From positions 92,604 to 156,603 of the forward strand of contig CAKOKD010000003.1 of assembly GCA_934090935.1 (NCBI GenBank): a DNA stretch of 64,000 bases, in the 5' to 3' direction. Positions 27,862 through 37,245 of this stretch are shown one piece after another. A model generated the notes under the pieces. It made no database searches. It was not told the origin of the DNA and saw only the letters and a list, made by a program, of their open reading frames with translations. The position numbers were made by a program, and so were the translations under genes. This stretch comes from an uncultured Bacilli bacterium. Lineage in GTDB: Bacteria; Bacillota_I; Bacilli_A; RF39; UBA660. Every line of letters starts with the position of its first letter. Position 1 is the first letter of the stretch.

Positions 27862-29508
27862 CTAAAATAATTCTTTTAATTCGTGTTTTATATCCTTTAT
27901 AGTGTTAACTATATCTGGATTATATTTGTTTTCTTCAACCATAAGAATATTCTTCATCGCGATGTTGAAAGATTTGCTTAAAGTATATTGCAATATTTTT
28001 ACAGAAATATTTGTTATTTGAGCTTCTATTGGAATATTTTCTCCTGTTAAAGCATTTGGGTATCCAGCTCCATTATACATCTCAAAACTATAATTAATGA
28101 TATTGCTTGCAACTTTAAAATGTAAATTATCCTTTATATAGTTTTGAATTAAAATATGTCCATAGTCTATTTCTTCTTTAATGGAATCACTTGTTATAAC
28201 CGAATCCTTTGATATCGCGATTGATCCAACATTATATAATGCACATGATTTAACTATATTATCTATATATTTTGAATCTAAATTATATTTTGGATATTTA
28301 TTAGCAAGACTTACACTTACTAGTCTAACTATTTTCTTTAAAAGCATGGATTCTTTTGATGTCTCAATATTTGTAATAATTTTATTTATGATTAACTCCA
28401 ATGATTTATTATCATTTACAGTTTTTAATTCCTCATTTTGAACTTCAACTATATTTTGTAAACTATTACTAGATTGATATAGGTTAATAATTTTTCCAAA
28501 TCTTCTTCTAATATTTTCTGTATTAAATGGTTTTTCAAGCATATCTACTATGTCATATTGATATACTCTCTTTCTCGTCTCTCTTGTTTCATCCCCACTT
28601 ATTATGGCAACAGGAATTCTATTGAATAAGTCATTAGATTTCATAAATTCAAGAACGTCGAAGCCATCAGATTCAGGCATCACTAAATCAAGAAGCATAC
28701 CTACAATATTTTCATGATTTCCACTTACTGATGATGTTAAAACATTATCAGTAATAATGTTTATCGCTTCTAAACCATTTTTAGCAACTAATATCTCAAA
28801 ATCATTAGAGAATATTCTTTTTAACGAGTTTCTAATTATTGAAGAATCATCTACGATTAAAATTGATGGCTTTTTATAACTGCTCATCTCCGCCATTCTA
28901 TTTAAGATGGCTTTATTTAACTCAGGATGTTCTTCTGTTACTTTGTTGAATATCGAATTTATATAGTTTCTTGTTTGTTCACTTCCATTAGATGTGTCAA
29001 GAGCATGATTTATAAGATAGATTGCATCACTTATGCTCTTGTTTTCCTTATCCAATCTCTTCTTATAATCAGTAACTTCAGTTTCAAGTTTATCATTTTC
29101 ACTTTCAATATCAGTTAAACGATTGCTTATATCTTCACTCATCATAAATATAAGTTTTTTGCCTTCAAATGGCAAATAATTGATTATATTTACAAACCAT
29201 TTATACTCTCCAGTTTCACATAGTTTACGATATTTTATTTTTGTTTCATTGTTTCCCTTTTGACTTTCTTCTTCTAATTTATTAATTGATAAAGCATCAA
29301 AATAGTTTGATAAATCAGCAGAATTTACAAAACGTTTAGCTACATCTATGAAAGATGTATATGATGTAGTTTCTTTAATGATTAGATTATTGCTTATTGT
29401 AAAATCAAATTTGTATACTTTATCAGCTATTACATCGATTACATATATATTAGAGTAATTAGCATTTATAATTCTTGATACTTGTTCAATTAAACCTGAT
29501 TCGTTCAT
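27862..29508 (-). CDS. response-regulator receiver protein with N-terminal coiled-coil region and C-terminal degenerate HD-GYP-like domain
   Basis: REC domain (SILIVDDSSIIRNSLKRIF...LLDLVMPESDGFDVLEFM...). C-terminal ...YNGAGYPNALTGENIPIEAQI matches the GYP signature, but the upstream HHE metal motif is not evident. Confidence 0.5.
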   Translation of the reverse strand: MNESGLIEQVSRIINANYSNIYVIDVIADKVYKFDFTISNNLIIKETTSYTSFIDVAKRFVNSADLSNYFDALSINKLEEESQKGNNETKIKYRKLCETGEYKWFVNIINYLPFEGKKLIFMMSEDISNRLTDIESENDKLETEVTDYKKRLDKENKSISDAIYLINHALDTSNGSEQTRNYINSIFNKVTEEHPELNKAILNRMAEMSSYKKPSILIVDDSSIIRNSLKRIFSNDFEILVAKNGLEAINIITDNVLTSSVSGNHENIVGMLLDLVMPESDGFDVLEFMKSNDLFNRIPVAIISGDETRETRKRVYQYDIVDMLEKPFNTENIRRRFGKIINLYQSSNSLQNIVEVQNEELKTVNDNKSLELIINKIITNIETSKESMLLKKIVRLVSVSLANKYPKYNLDSKYIDNIVKSCALYNVGSIAISKDSVITSDSIKEEIDYGHILIQNYIKDNLHFKVASNIINYSFEMYNGAGYPNALTGENIPIEAQITNISVKILQYTLSKSFNIAMKNILMVEENKYNPDIVNTIKDIKHELKELF

Positions 29509-29564
29509 ATCACACTCACCTTACTATTGTAATTATAACATGTATATCTTTAGTTGTAAATTAA

Positions 29565-29594
29565 TGAAAAAGAAAAAAGTTCATTTGAACTTTT
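29565..29594 (-). terminator. rho-independent terminator of 29601..31772
   Basis: Minus-strand AAAAGTTCA-aa-TGAACTTTT plus TTTTC. Confidence 0.5.
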
Positions 29595-29600
29595 GAATTG

Positions 29601-31772
29601 TTATTTTATTAAAGTTATACGTGCGTATCCATTTCCTTGTTTTGAACAATTTGCTGTTGGCGTTGCACTTGTGCATGTAGTTGAAATTGTTTTTGTGGAC
29701 TCTTCAGTAGATGTAGCACAGTTATAACAATACATCACTTTTTCGGATAATTTTGAATTACCGATGTATCCTGAACCACCGGCTGCTGAAGAACCATTAT
29801 AATAAGCTCCGCCTCCACCATAAAGTCCACTTCCGCCTCCAGATGCGCTTTGAGTTTTCTCGTAATTTCCTCCATAACCGAATCCTCCATTAGAAATCGT
29901 TAAAGCTGTACTTCCATTAGTTCCATATTTGCTTTGTGAACCTCCAGTTGCTAAACTATCTTTCTCTGTTATTCCATTAGATCCTAAATAACCTCCACCA
30001 GATCCTCCTGAATGTGGATTGTATGGAGATTGGGGAGTTGTTAGATACTTTTTATAGTGCCAACCGGCTCCTCCGCCTCCACCAGAAACAATAAGAACAT
30101 TTTCAATATTATTGCTATAATTTTTTAACTGACCATCATCTATCAATAAGTTCTGAATGGAAGTTGCTCCGCCTCCAGCTCCCCAGACTGTTCCTCCATC
30201 TGATTTTGCGTTTCCTCCTCCATTATAGCCACCATCATATATTTTAACTGTAGAATAATCATCTCCATCAGTTCCTTTTCCTCCAACTATAATATATAAA
30301 ATATCATTTTTATTTAAAGTAACTACTCCTTTTGAATATCCACCATATCCACCAAGAGCCTCGCTTGTTTGAGCATAACCACCTTGTGCTCCCCATGTCT
30401 CTAACTTATATGTTCCAGATACTGAGGCAGTAAATGTTTGCTCGCCTCCTGTATAATCAAATGTCCATTCAGTTGGACTTTTATATGCTTTTTCTGTTCT
30501 AGATATTTTATTAACCTTTAACTTACAAGTAAAATTCTCCATATTGATATTCTCTAGTGTTATAGTCTTCCTATCTTGAGCTTCAATAGTTATTGGATCT
30601 GTTGATATTTTACTATCTTTATCATTTAAAACTAAAGTAATACGTGCATATCCGTTTCCTTGTTTTGAACAGTTTTCGGTTGGTGTTTCATTTGTACATG
30701 TTGTTGATATGGTTTTTGTTGACTCCTCACTAGATTCAGTACAGTTATAGCAATACATCACTTTTTCGGATAATTTTGAATTTCCAATGTAACTTGAACC
30801 ACCTCCAGCTCCTTGTAAAGTACCTGATGTACCGCCATATAAACCGCCTCCGCCACTAATTGTACCAGTATTTATATTTGTTCTTCCTGTACCAAATGAA
30901 CCATTATACTTGCCGCTTGTGTCAAGTGAATTATAGCTTTCTGTTTGAGTTCCACCTACTCCACAAACATAGCCTTTTTTACCATTATATGCATCATGAC
31001 AATCATAAGCGGAAACACCGATATAACCACCAGCATGTCCACCTTTTCCGTTCCAACCACCATGGTTAGAACAACCGCCTCCGCCTCCAGAGACAATAAT
31101 TAAATTTTCAAGACTATTTTTAAACGTAGTTAATAATCCAGAAGATGTTGCTATATGTGTTGCACCTCCGCCTGATGACACTCTTCCAGAGGTATCCGCG
31201 CTTCTTTTGGAATGACCTCCTCCATTATATCCTCCATTGACTAAATTTTTATCACTTGTTCCATTGTTAGCTTTGCCTGAACCGCCAACATTTATATATA
31301 AAACGTCATCCTTATTAAGTGTTGTTGTACCAGACGAATATCCACCGTAACCTCCAAAGTATGTTGAATCGATTACTCCACCTTGTGCTCCCCATGTCTC
31401 TAACTTATATGTAGCAGACATTGGTGCTGTAAATGTTTGTTCAGCACCTGTATAATCAAATGTCCATTCAGTTTTATCTGGTACTATATTATTTTCACAT
31501 TCAATATAACTTTCTGTGTCATATTCTGTTGAATCATTTACTATATCTATACTTATATTTCCATCTATATTGCTTAAAGTAAATTCATCTTTTGTTGCAT
31601 TTATTCCTGTATTTTCTGTATCATTTACTTTTAAATTATCTAAATATACCTTAAAATCACTTATGTTTTCTGATATTTTACCTAATCCATATATATTTAC
31701 TGTTGCATTATATGCTGCATACCCTATTATCATAAATAAAACAGTAACTAGCATTATTGTCGTCTTTTTCAT
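29601..31772 (-). CDS. large secreted protein with two ALK/LTK-like glycine-rich domains, each followed by the Cys-containing tail
   Basis: Signal MKKTTIMLVTVLFMIIGYAAYNATVNIYG. Two copies of TEWTFDYTGxEQTFTAxxSxTYKLETWGAQGG...GGYGGYS...GGGAT...SGGGGG...YCYNCxxSxEESTKTISTTCT..PT.NCSKQGNGYARITL. Confidence 0.75.
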   Translation of the reverse strand: MKKTTIMLVTVLFMIIGYAAYNATVNIYGLGKISENISDFKVYLDNLKVNDTENTGINATKDEFTLSNIDGNISIDIVNDSTEYDTESYIECENNIVPDKTEWTFDYTGAEQTFTAPMSATYKLETWGAQGGVIDSTYFGGYGGYSSGTTTLNKDDVLYINVGGSGKANNGTSDKNLVNGGYNGGGHSKRSADTSGRVSSGGGATHIATSSGLLTTFKNSLENLIIVSGGGGGCSNHGGWNGKGGHAGGYIGVSAYDCHDAYNGKKGYVCGVGGTQTESYNSLDTSGKYNGSFGTGRTNINTGTISGGGGLYGGTSGTLQGAGGGSSYIGNSKLSEKVMYCYNCTESSEESTKTISTTCTNETPTENCSKQGNGYARITLVLNDKDSKISTDPITIEAQDRKTITLENINMENFTCKLKVNKISRTEKAYKSPTEWTFDYTGGEQTFTASVSGTYKLETWGAQGGYAQTSEALGGYGGYSKGVVTLNKNDILYIIVGGKGTDGDDYSTVKIYDGGYNGGGNAKSDGGTVWGAGGGATSIQNLLIDDGQLKNYSNNIENVLIVSGGGGGAGWHYKKYLTTPQSPYNPHSGGSGGGYLGSNGITEKDSLATGGSQSKYGTNGSTALTISNGGFGYGGNYEKTQSASGGGSGLYGGGGAYYNGSSAAGGSGYIGNSKLSEKVMYCYNCATSTEESTKTISTTCTSATPTANCSKQGNGYARITLIK

Positions 31773-31799
31773 TTCTACACCTTCGCATCTTACTTTTTT

Positions 31800-31827
31800 A
31801 TTTTATAATACCCCCCCCGATTTTCAA
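31800..31827 (-). promoter_or_regulatory. phase-variable-type promoter: -35 TTGAAA (31822..31827), G8 (31811..31818), -10 TAAAAT (31800..31805); spacer 16
   Basis: Identical architecture to the 26181..26208 copy. Confidence 0.6.
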
Positions 31828-31998
31828 GGGCATTGTCTTGTTTTACATAACTTTTGTCGTCTGTTTTATTTTGCAGTTGTATTATATCTTATATTATACA
31901 ACATTTTCGTTGTATTTTGCATATTCATTTTTATTATGCGTAAAGTGTATTTATTTATTATCATTGTAATTTATATTGAAAAATGTTATATTTATTTT

Positions 31999-32089
31999 AG
32001 TGAGAAGCAGAAGTTTTCTTTTGAGGCTGATGCTTACCACGTGTTATGTGTACGCATCCTTATTCAGTAGAATAAAGATGCTTTTTTTT
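31999..32089 (+). ncRNA. candidate antisense small RNA copy 2 (promoter TTGTAA-17-TATATT at 31964..31992; terminator 32054..32089)
   Basis: Motif A (GTGAGAAGCAGAAGTTTTCTTTTGAGGCTGATGCTTACCAC), then GCATCCTTATTC-agta-GAATAAAGATGC plus T8. Convergent with the 27-aa peptide ORF, whose stop lies in the U-tract. Confidence 0.4.
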
Positions 32090-32171
32090 ATTGCCATAAT
32101 AATTTTAAAATTATTACTAGCAATATAAAAACGATTAGATAAAGTAATCTTATATGATTATCTTTTTTCAT
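32088..32171 (-). CDS. 27-aa hydrophobic peptide (type I toxin-like): MKKDNHIRLLYLIVFILLVIILKLLWQ
   Basis: AGAGGAAG RBS 7 nt before ATG. Near-consensus promoter TTGACA(32289..32294)-16-TATAAT(32267..32272) fires directly into the reverse complement of motif B (32229..32261). Confidence 0.45.
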   Translation of the reverse strand: MKKDNHIRLLYLIVFILLVIILKLLWQ

Positions 32172-32344
32172 CGTATCACTTCCTCTCGTACTCCTTAACC
32201 AAAACCCTGAATATTTAGCCTCTAGTTTGGAAGTGATAAGCACCTTTTTCTGCTTCTCGAGTTTGTATTATATATGCTAAATTTTTCTTGTCAATAAATC
32301 CGACAAATGTCGACAAAATTAGAACCTAAAAAAAATAAAATATA

Positions 32345-32369
32345 TAAAAAAAATCGCATTCTTGCGATT
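32345..32369 (-). terminator. rho-independent terminator of 32368..34497 (stop codon lies inside the hairpin)
   Basis: Minus-strand AATCGCAAGAATGCGATT plus TTTTTTTT. Confidence 0.5.
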
Positions 32370-34497
32370 ATTTTATTAAGGTAATACGTGCGTATCCGTT
32401 TCCTTGTTTTGAACAGTTTGCTGTTGGAGTTTCATTTGTACATGTAGTTGATATAGTTTTTGTTGCCTCTTCACTAGACTCGGTACATTTATAACAATAC
32501 ATTGATTTTTCACTTAATTGTGAATTTCCTATATATCCTGAGCCTCCACCAGCTCCAGCATAATGTGAAAAACCGCCTCCATAAAAGCCAGCACCTCCTC
32601 CGGCTCCAGAAGTTCCTGTATCATATCCACCAATTCCAAAGACTCCATAATTAGTTGTTCTTATACCATGATCTGTACTAGAGTTATATCCATTTCCATA
32701 AACTACAGTTCCACCACTTGTTTGACTTCCTCCAAAGCCTATCCAATAGTAATCACCACTGTTGGTTCCATCGTTACCTTTGTATCCACCACCGGCTCCT
32801 CCAGATCCACTATAAGATGAAGAGTCATTTGTTCGATATCCAAAAGCTGCTCCTCCGCCTCCGGAAACCATTAAGATGGAATCAAGATCGTTTTGTAGAT
32901 TTTCTAGTCTTTCACTTTTTAGTAAAATATAACTAGCATCTCCTCCATCACTACTTCCTTTATAAACTTCATTTCCTTGACCTCCACCAAAGACTTTGTT
33001 TTGTCCACCAACAGTTATATATAAATTATCTTTTTTGTTTAGATAAATTTCTCCAATAGAATATCCTCCATATCCTCCGATATAGGAAACTCCCGCCTTT
33101 GAAGTTGCATTACCTCCTTGTGCTCCCCATGTCTCTAACTTATATGTTCCACTTGTTGGTGCTGTAAATGTTTGCTCTAATCCAGTATAATCAAATGTCC
33201 ATTCAGTTGAGCCTGTATATATTTCTTCTTTTGTCGTTCTTGATATCTTGTTAACTTTTAATTTACAAGTGAAATTCTCCATATTAATATTCTCTAATGT
33301 TATTGACTTCTTATCTTGTGCTTCTATTGTTACCACTTCTGTTGAAGTAATTTCTTTTGAATTACTTGAAACTAGAGTAATACGAGCGTATCCATTGCCT
33401 TGCTTTGCACAATTTTCAGTTGCTGTTGATGAAGTACATGTAGTTGAAATGGTTTTTGTTGACTCTTCATCTGACTCAGCACAGTTATAGCAATACATTG
33501 ATTTTTCACTTAATTGTGAATTACCAATATATCCTGAGCCACCTCCAGCGCCTCCATGGAAACTACCTCCGCCTCCATAAAAGCCAGCACCTCCGCCACA
33601 AGCAACATAATTTGCCACAGTTGATCCAAATCCTTTACCAAATGTACCAATACATGCTCGATATCCGCTTGATGTTCCTTTTATCCAGACCATATCTCCT
33701 CCAGTTGTTTGACTACCACCTGTTCCATAACCATATCCATATCCGTTAGTATGGTTAACTGACTCTCCGTTGTTTCCTTTTATTCCTCCGGCAGATCCTC
33801 CGTTTCCATCTCCATAACCTGAGCCTCTGTTTGCTGCTCCGCCTCCACCTCCAGAAACAATCAATATGTTTTCTTTTTTAGTTTCAAAAGTGGATAATAA
33901 TCCCGATAAATCTGCTATATGTGTTGCTCCGCCGCCAGCTTTTCCGTAATTGCCATTATTAACGTACCCACCGCCATTATATCCTCCGGTAAGAGCAACT
34001 CCTTGACCACCTGCATTTATATATAGAATTTTTCCACCTTCTAAGGTCATTTTACCAGAAGAATATCCGCCATAGCCTTCAAAATAATTTGATGAATAAG
34101 ACCCACCTTGTGCTCCCCATGTTTCAAGCTTGTATGTTCCACTTATTGGTGCTGTAAATGTTTGCTCCGATCCTGTGTAATCAAATGTCCATTCAGTTTT
34201 CTCCGGTGTTACATTGCTTTCACACTCAAGATAACTTTCTGTGTCATATTCTGTTGAATCATTTACTATATCTATACTTATGTTTCCATTTATATTGCTT
34301 AAAGTAAATTCGTCTTTTGCATCATTTATTCCTGTACTTTCCGTATCATTTACTTTTAAATTATCTAAATATACTTTAAAGTCACTTATGTTTTCTTCTA
34401 GTTTACCCAATCCATATATATTCACTGTTGCATTATAAGCAGAAAAACCTATCACCATAAACAATATTGTTAAAAGCAAAATGATTCCTTTCTTCAT
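32368..34497 (-). CDS. large secreted protein with two ALK/LTK-like glycine-rich domains (tandem paralog of 29601..31772)
   Basis: MKKGIILLLTILFMVIGFSAYNATVNIYG... Same two-domain organisation and the same C-terminal tail. No poly-G promoter upstream. Confidence 0.75.
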   Translation of the reverse strand: MKKGIILLLTILFMVIGFSAYNATVNIYGLGKLEENISDFKVYLDNLKVNDTESTGINDAKDEFTLSNINGNISIDIVNDSTEYDTESYLECESNVTPEKTEWTFDYTGSEQTFTAPISGTYKLETWGAQGGSYSSNYFEGYGGYSSGKMTLEGGKILYINAGGQGVALTGGYNGGGYVNNGNYGKAGGGATHIADLSGLLSTFETKKENILIVSGGGGGAANRGSGYGDGNGGSAGGIKGNNGESVNHTNGYGYGYGTGGSQTTGGDMVWIKGTSSGYRACIGTFGKGFGSTVANYVACGGGAGFYGGGGSFHGGAGGGSGYIGNSQLSEKSMYCYNCAESDEESTKTISTTCTSSTATENCAKQGNGYARITLVSSNSKEITSTEVVTIEAQDKKSITLENINMENFTCKLKVNKISRTTKEEIYTGSTEWTFDYTGLEQTFTAPTSGTYKLETWGAQGGNATSKAGVSYIGGYGGYSIGEIYLNKKDNLYITVGGQNKVFGGGQGNEVYKGSSDGGDASYILLKSERLENLQNDLDSILMVSGGGGAAFGYRTNDSSSYSGSGGAGGGYKGNDGTNSGDYYWIGFGGSQTSGGTVVYGNGYNSSTDHGIRTTNYGVFGIGGYDTGTSGAGGGAGFYGGGFSHYAGAGGGSGYIGNSQLSEKSMYCYKCTESSEEATKTISTTCTNETPTANCSKQGNGYARITLIK

Positions 34498-34596
34498 TAT
34501 TCATCACCATATTCTATTATACTTTTATTATATAATATCTTCATTTTTCTTTCAATAAGTTAAAAGCATAAAAAAAACACGTTTTTTATAAACGCG

Positions 34597-36579
34597 TTAT
34601 TTTACTTCGTATAAACCATATTTATCATTGTTGTCTTTAGTTTGTTTTACAATTAAGAAGATTTTTTCTTCATCATCATTTCTTTTCAATTTAGATAACT
34701 CTACTTTATCTATTTTTTTCAACACTTTTCCTTTAAAATTAATTACTTTTACATATTTATCAGTGCTATTATTTATTATAATTGTATCTTTATATGGATT
34801 AATCATTGATCCACTAGCATCATTCATTTTTTCATTTTCTTTTAAAGAATATGTGTTTGTTTTATTTTTATCAATATCATATATATTAAGTTTATTATCA
34901 CTCATGTAAACATAGTAGTTATCAATAGCTTTGAAATAATCTTTTCTACCAACTTTAATTATTTCTTTTCCATCTTTATTTAATACATAGATATTATCAT
35001 CATCATTATATTTGTAAAGAATATTTTTAAAATCATCAACTATTGAAACTGTTTGTTCAGTTAAAGCTTTGTTTTCTTTAGATGAATAAAGTATTGCTGA
35101 ATAACTTGGTTTATCTCCAAAAAGCATTTCTGAATCAACTAGCAATACACTATATTTTGATGAATATAAATTTTTATTATCTTTATTCAATACAGAATAC
35201 TTATCATCAGTATTTGATAAACCTATAACTTTATATCCATTTTCATATTCAGAATAACTTGTTACATAATTATCTCCCTCATAACTATATAGTTCCTTAT
35301 TGTTTTTAATATCATAAACAACGGATTCATTTTTTTCACAGTAATATGTACAAGTAATTTTGATAATCGGTGCACTTTCATCTTTTTGATTAGTTACTTT
35401 ATACACGTTAGATGAGAAATAACTCTTTTCTTGATTGTATTTGTATAATTCTTTAAATTCATTTGATTTTACATTATATATACCGATTGATTTATCCTTT
35501 TTATTATCAACTAATATATTTTCTTGATCTTTAGAATATAAACTACGACTATATATAGCATAAGCATCCTTATCAACTTTGTCTTTAAATACTTTATATA
35601 AGTCATCACTTGTTTCATTTGTTTCTTCAGTATCCTCTATTTTAGTTTGTTTTCCATCTTTAGTTAAAGTATATTTTACTGTTTTATCATTTTCTTTTTT
35701 AGAAATAATGTATGTTCCGGTTTCGTCTGATGAAGTATAGCTGTTGAAACTATCACCTACTACTTGAGCTTTAATTAAATCAAAATAGTAGTATACTTTG
35801 TCTTTTTCATTTCTTACGATTGCATATAGATATAAATCAGATTCATCTTTTACCATCTTAGATATTGAGTAATCTGTTAGGAATTTTTCTCCTACTTCAT
35901 TTAATAAAGCATATGTTCCATCAACGTCAACTTCTATAATTTTTCCAAAAAGATATGGATTCATATCACTTATATTGCTGTAAATTGCTTTTCCTTTTTT
36001 ATCATATAAAGTTATTTTGCTAGTTTCTGAATCATCAATATAAACTAAATTATTGTTTAAAATATTTATCTTGTTTTTAGAATTAAGTAAAACTTTTCCT
36101 TTTTTGTTTTTCATATTGTATGATGATTCACTTAATTTTTCTAGATTTGCAACACTTGTTAGATAGAAATCTTTACCTACAGCATAAGGTATTTCTGTTG
36201 CTTTTTTAGATGCATCATATACTTCTTTGTAATCAGCAACTTTTTCTCCATTTACATTGAAAAGGACAACTTTATATTTAGTAAGTTTATCTCCTTCAAT
36301 CGCCATAAAACCATTACAGTCTGAATCAATACATGTTATTGAATCAGACTTAGTATCTAAAAGTTTGGTTACACCTTTAGTACTTGATCCTTTACTTATT
36401 CCTTTTACAACACTTATGATTATAATCAAGACTACTAAAACTGCTATAACAGCAAGAAGAAATTTGGTAGTTTTATCTTTATCAAAGCGTCCAAGAAATA
36501 AATCTTTTTTTGCTTCATTTGAAACTTGTTCTTTTATTTCATTAGAACTATCATTTTCTTTTTTCATATAAACTCTCAC
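34597..36579 (-). CDS. hypothetical single-pass membrane protein with large Asn/Lys/Tyr-rich ectodomain
   Basis: TM FLLAVIAVLVVLIIIISVV. 660 aa. A terminator hairpin overlaps the stop codon. Confidence 0.45.
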   Translation of the reverse strand: MRVYMKKENDSSNEIKEQVSNEAKKDLFLGRFDKDKTTKFLLAVIAVLVVLIIIISVVKGISKGSSTKGVTKLLDTKSDSITCIDSDCNGFMAIEGDKLTKYKVVLFNVNGEKVADYKEVYDASKKATEIPYAVGKDFYLTSVANLEKLSESSYNMKNKKGKVLLNSKNKINILNNNLVYIDDSETSKITLYDKKGKAIYSNISDMNPYLFGKIIEVDVDGTYALLNEVGEKFLTDYSISKMVKDESDLYLYAIVRNEKDKVYYYFDLIKAQVVGDSFNSYTSSDETGTYIISKKENDKTVKYTLTKDGKQTKIEDTEETNETSDDLYKVFKDKVDKDAYAIYSRSLYSKDQENILVDNKKDKSIGIYNVKSNEFKELYKYNQEKSYFSSNVYKVTNQKDESAPIIKITCTYYCEKNESVVYDIKNNKELYSYEGDNYVTSYSEYENGYKVIGLSNTDDKYSVLNKDNKNLYSSKYSVLLVDSEMLFGDKPSYSAILYSSKENKALTEQTVSIVDDFKNILYKYNDDDNIYVLNKDGKEIIKVGRKDYFKAIDNYYVYMSDNKLNIYDIDKNKTNTYSLKENEKMNDASGSMINPYKDTIIINNSTDKYVKVINFKGKVLKKIDKVELSKLKRNDDEEKIFLIVKQTKDNNDKYGLYEVK

Positions 36580-36641
36580 TTTCTAAAACAAATATATCAT
36601 ATTGAAATAAACTTTACAAGAAATGTTATTTAAATAAAGTA

Positions 36642-37217
36642 TCATAGTTTTTCCTTTATTTCCTTTAATAAATCAGCAAATAATTTTTCTCTGTTGAAAG
36701 ATGTATCAATATACTTTATGTTATATTTCTTACATTGATCAATTATTTTATTTTCAAATTCTTTGGCCTTTTTTATATGATTTAATAGGTTTTCATCAGT
36801 TCTTCTTTTCGTCCATGCAGATTCATCATCATAAAGTCTACAGTTTTCTAAGATTTCTTCAATCGTTAATTTTGAATTTACAAAAAAGTAAACTAAAGTA
36901 TTTGAAGTGTCAAAATAGTTGATTATATCTTCTGGCATTATTGAATCTGAATTGATTATATAACCTAATTCATTTCCTAATCTATTTTTATTTTTTTCAA
37001 GCAATGTATTTATAAATTTGGATAATTTGTTATCCTTTAAATCATCGTGAGCAAAACCGATTTGAATTCCTTCAAAAGTACTTTGTAAAGCTGAGATGAT
37101 GGAATCAACTTCAATTATTTCAAAGTTATTTAATTCTCTATATAACAGTTTAGAAAATGTTGTTTTTCCTGTTCTGCAAGTTCCTAATATCATTATATTT
37201 TTCATGCTATTCACCAC
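36642..37217 (-). CDS. P-loop NTPase / kinase-like protein
   Basis: Walker A ILGTCRTGKTT. 191 aa. Confidence 0.45.
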   Translation of the reverse strand: MVNSMKNIMILGTCRTGKTTFSKLLYRELNNFEIIEVDSIISALQSTFEGIQIGFAHDDLKDNKLSKFINTLLEKNKNRLGNELGYIINSDSIMPEDIINYFDTSNTLVYFFVNSKLTIEEILENCRLYDDESAWTKRRTDENLLNHIKKAKEFENKIIDQCKKYNIKYIDTSFNREKLFADLLKEIKEKL

Positions 37218-37245
37218 TCTTTGGATTATAAAATATATTTATGAG

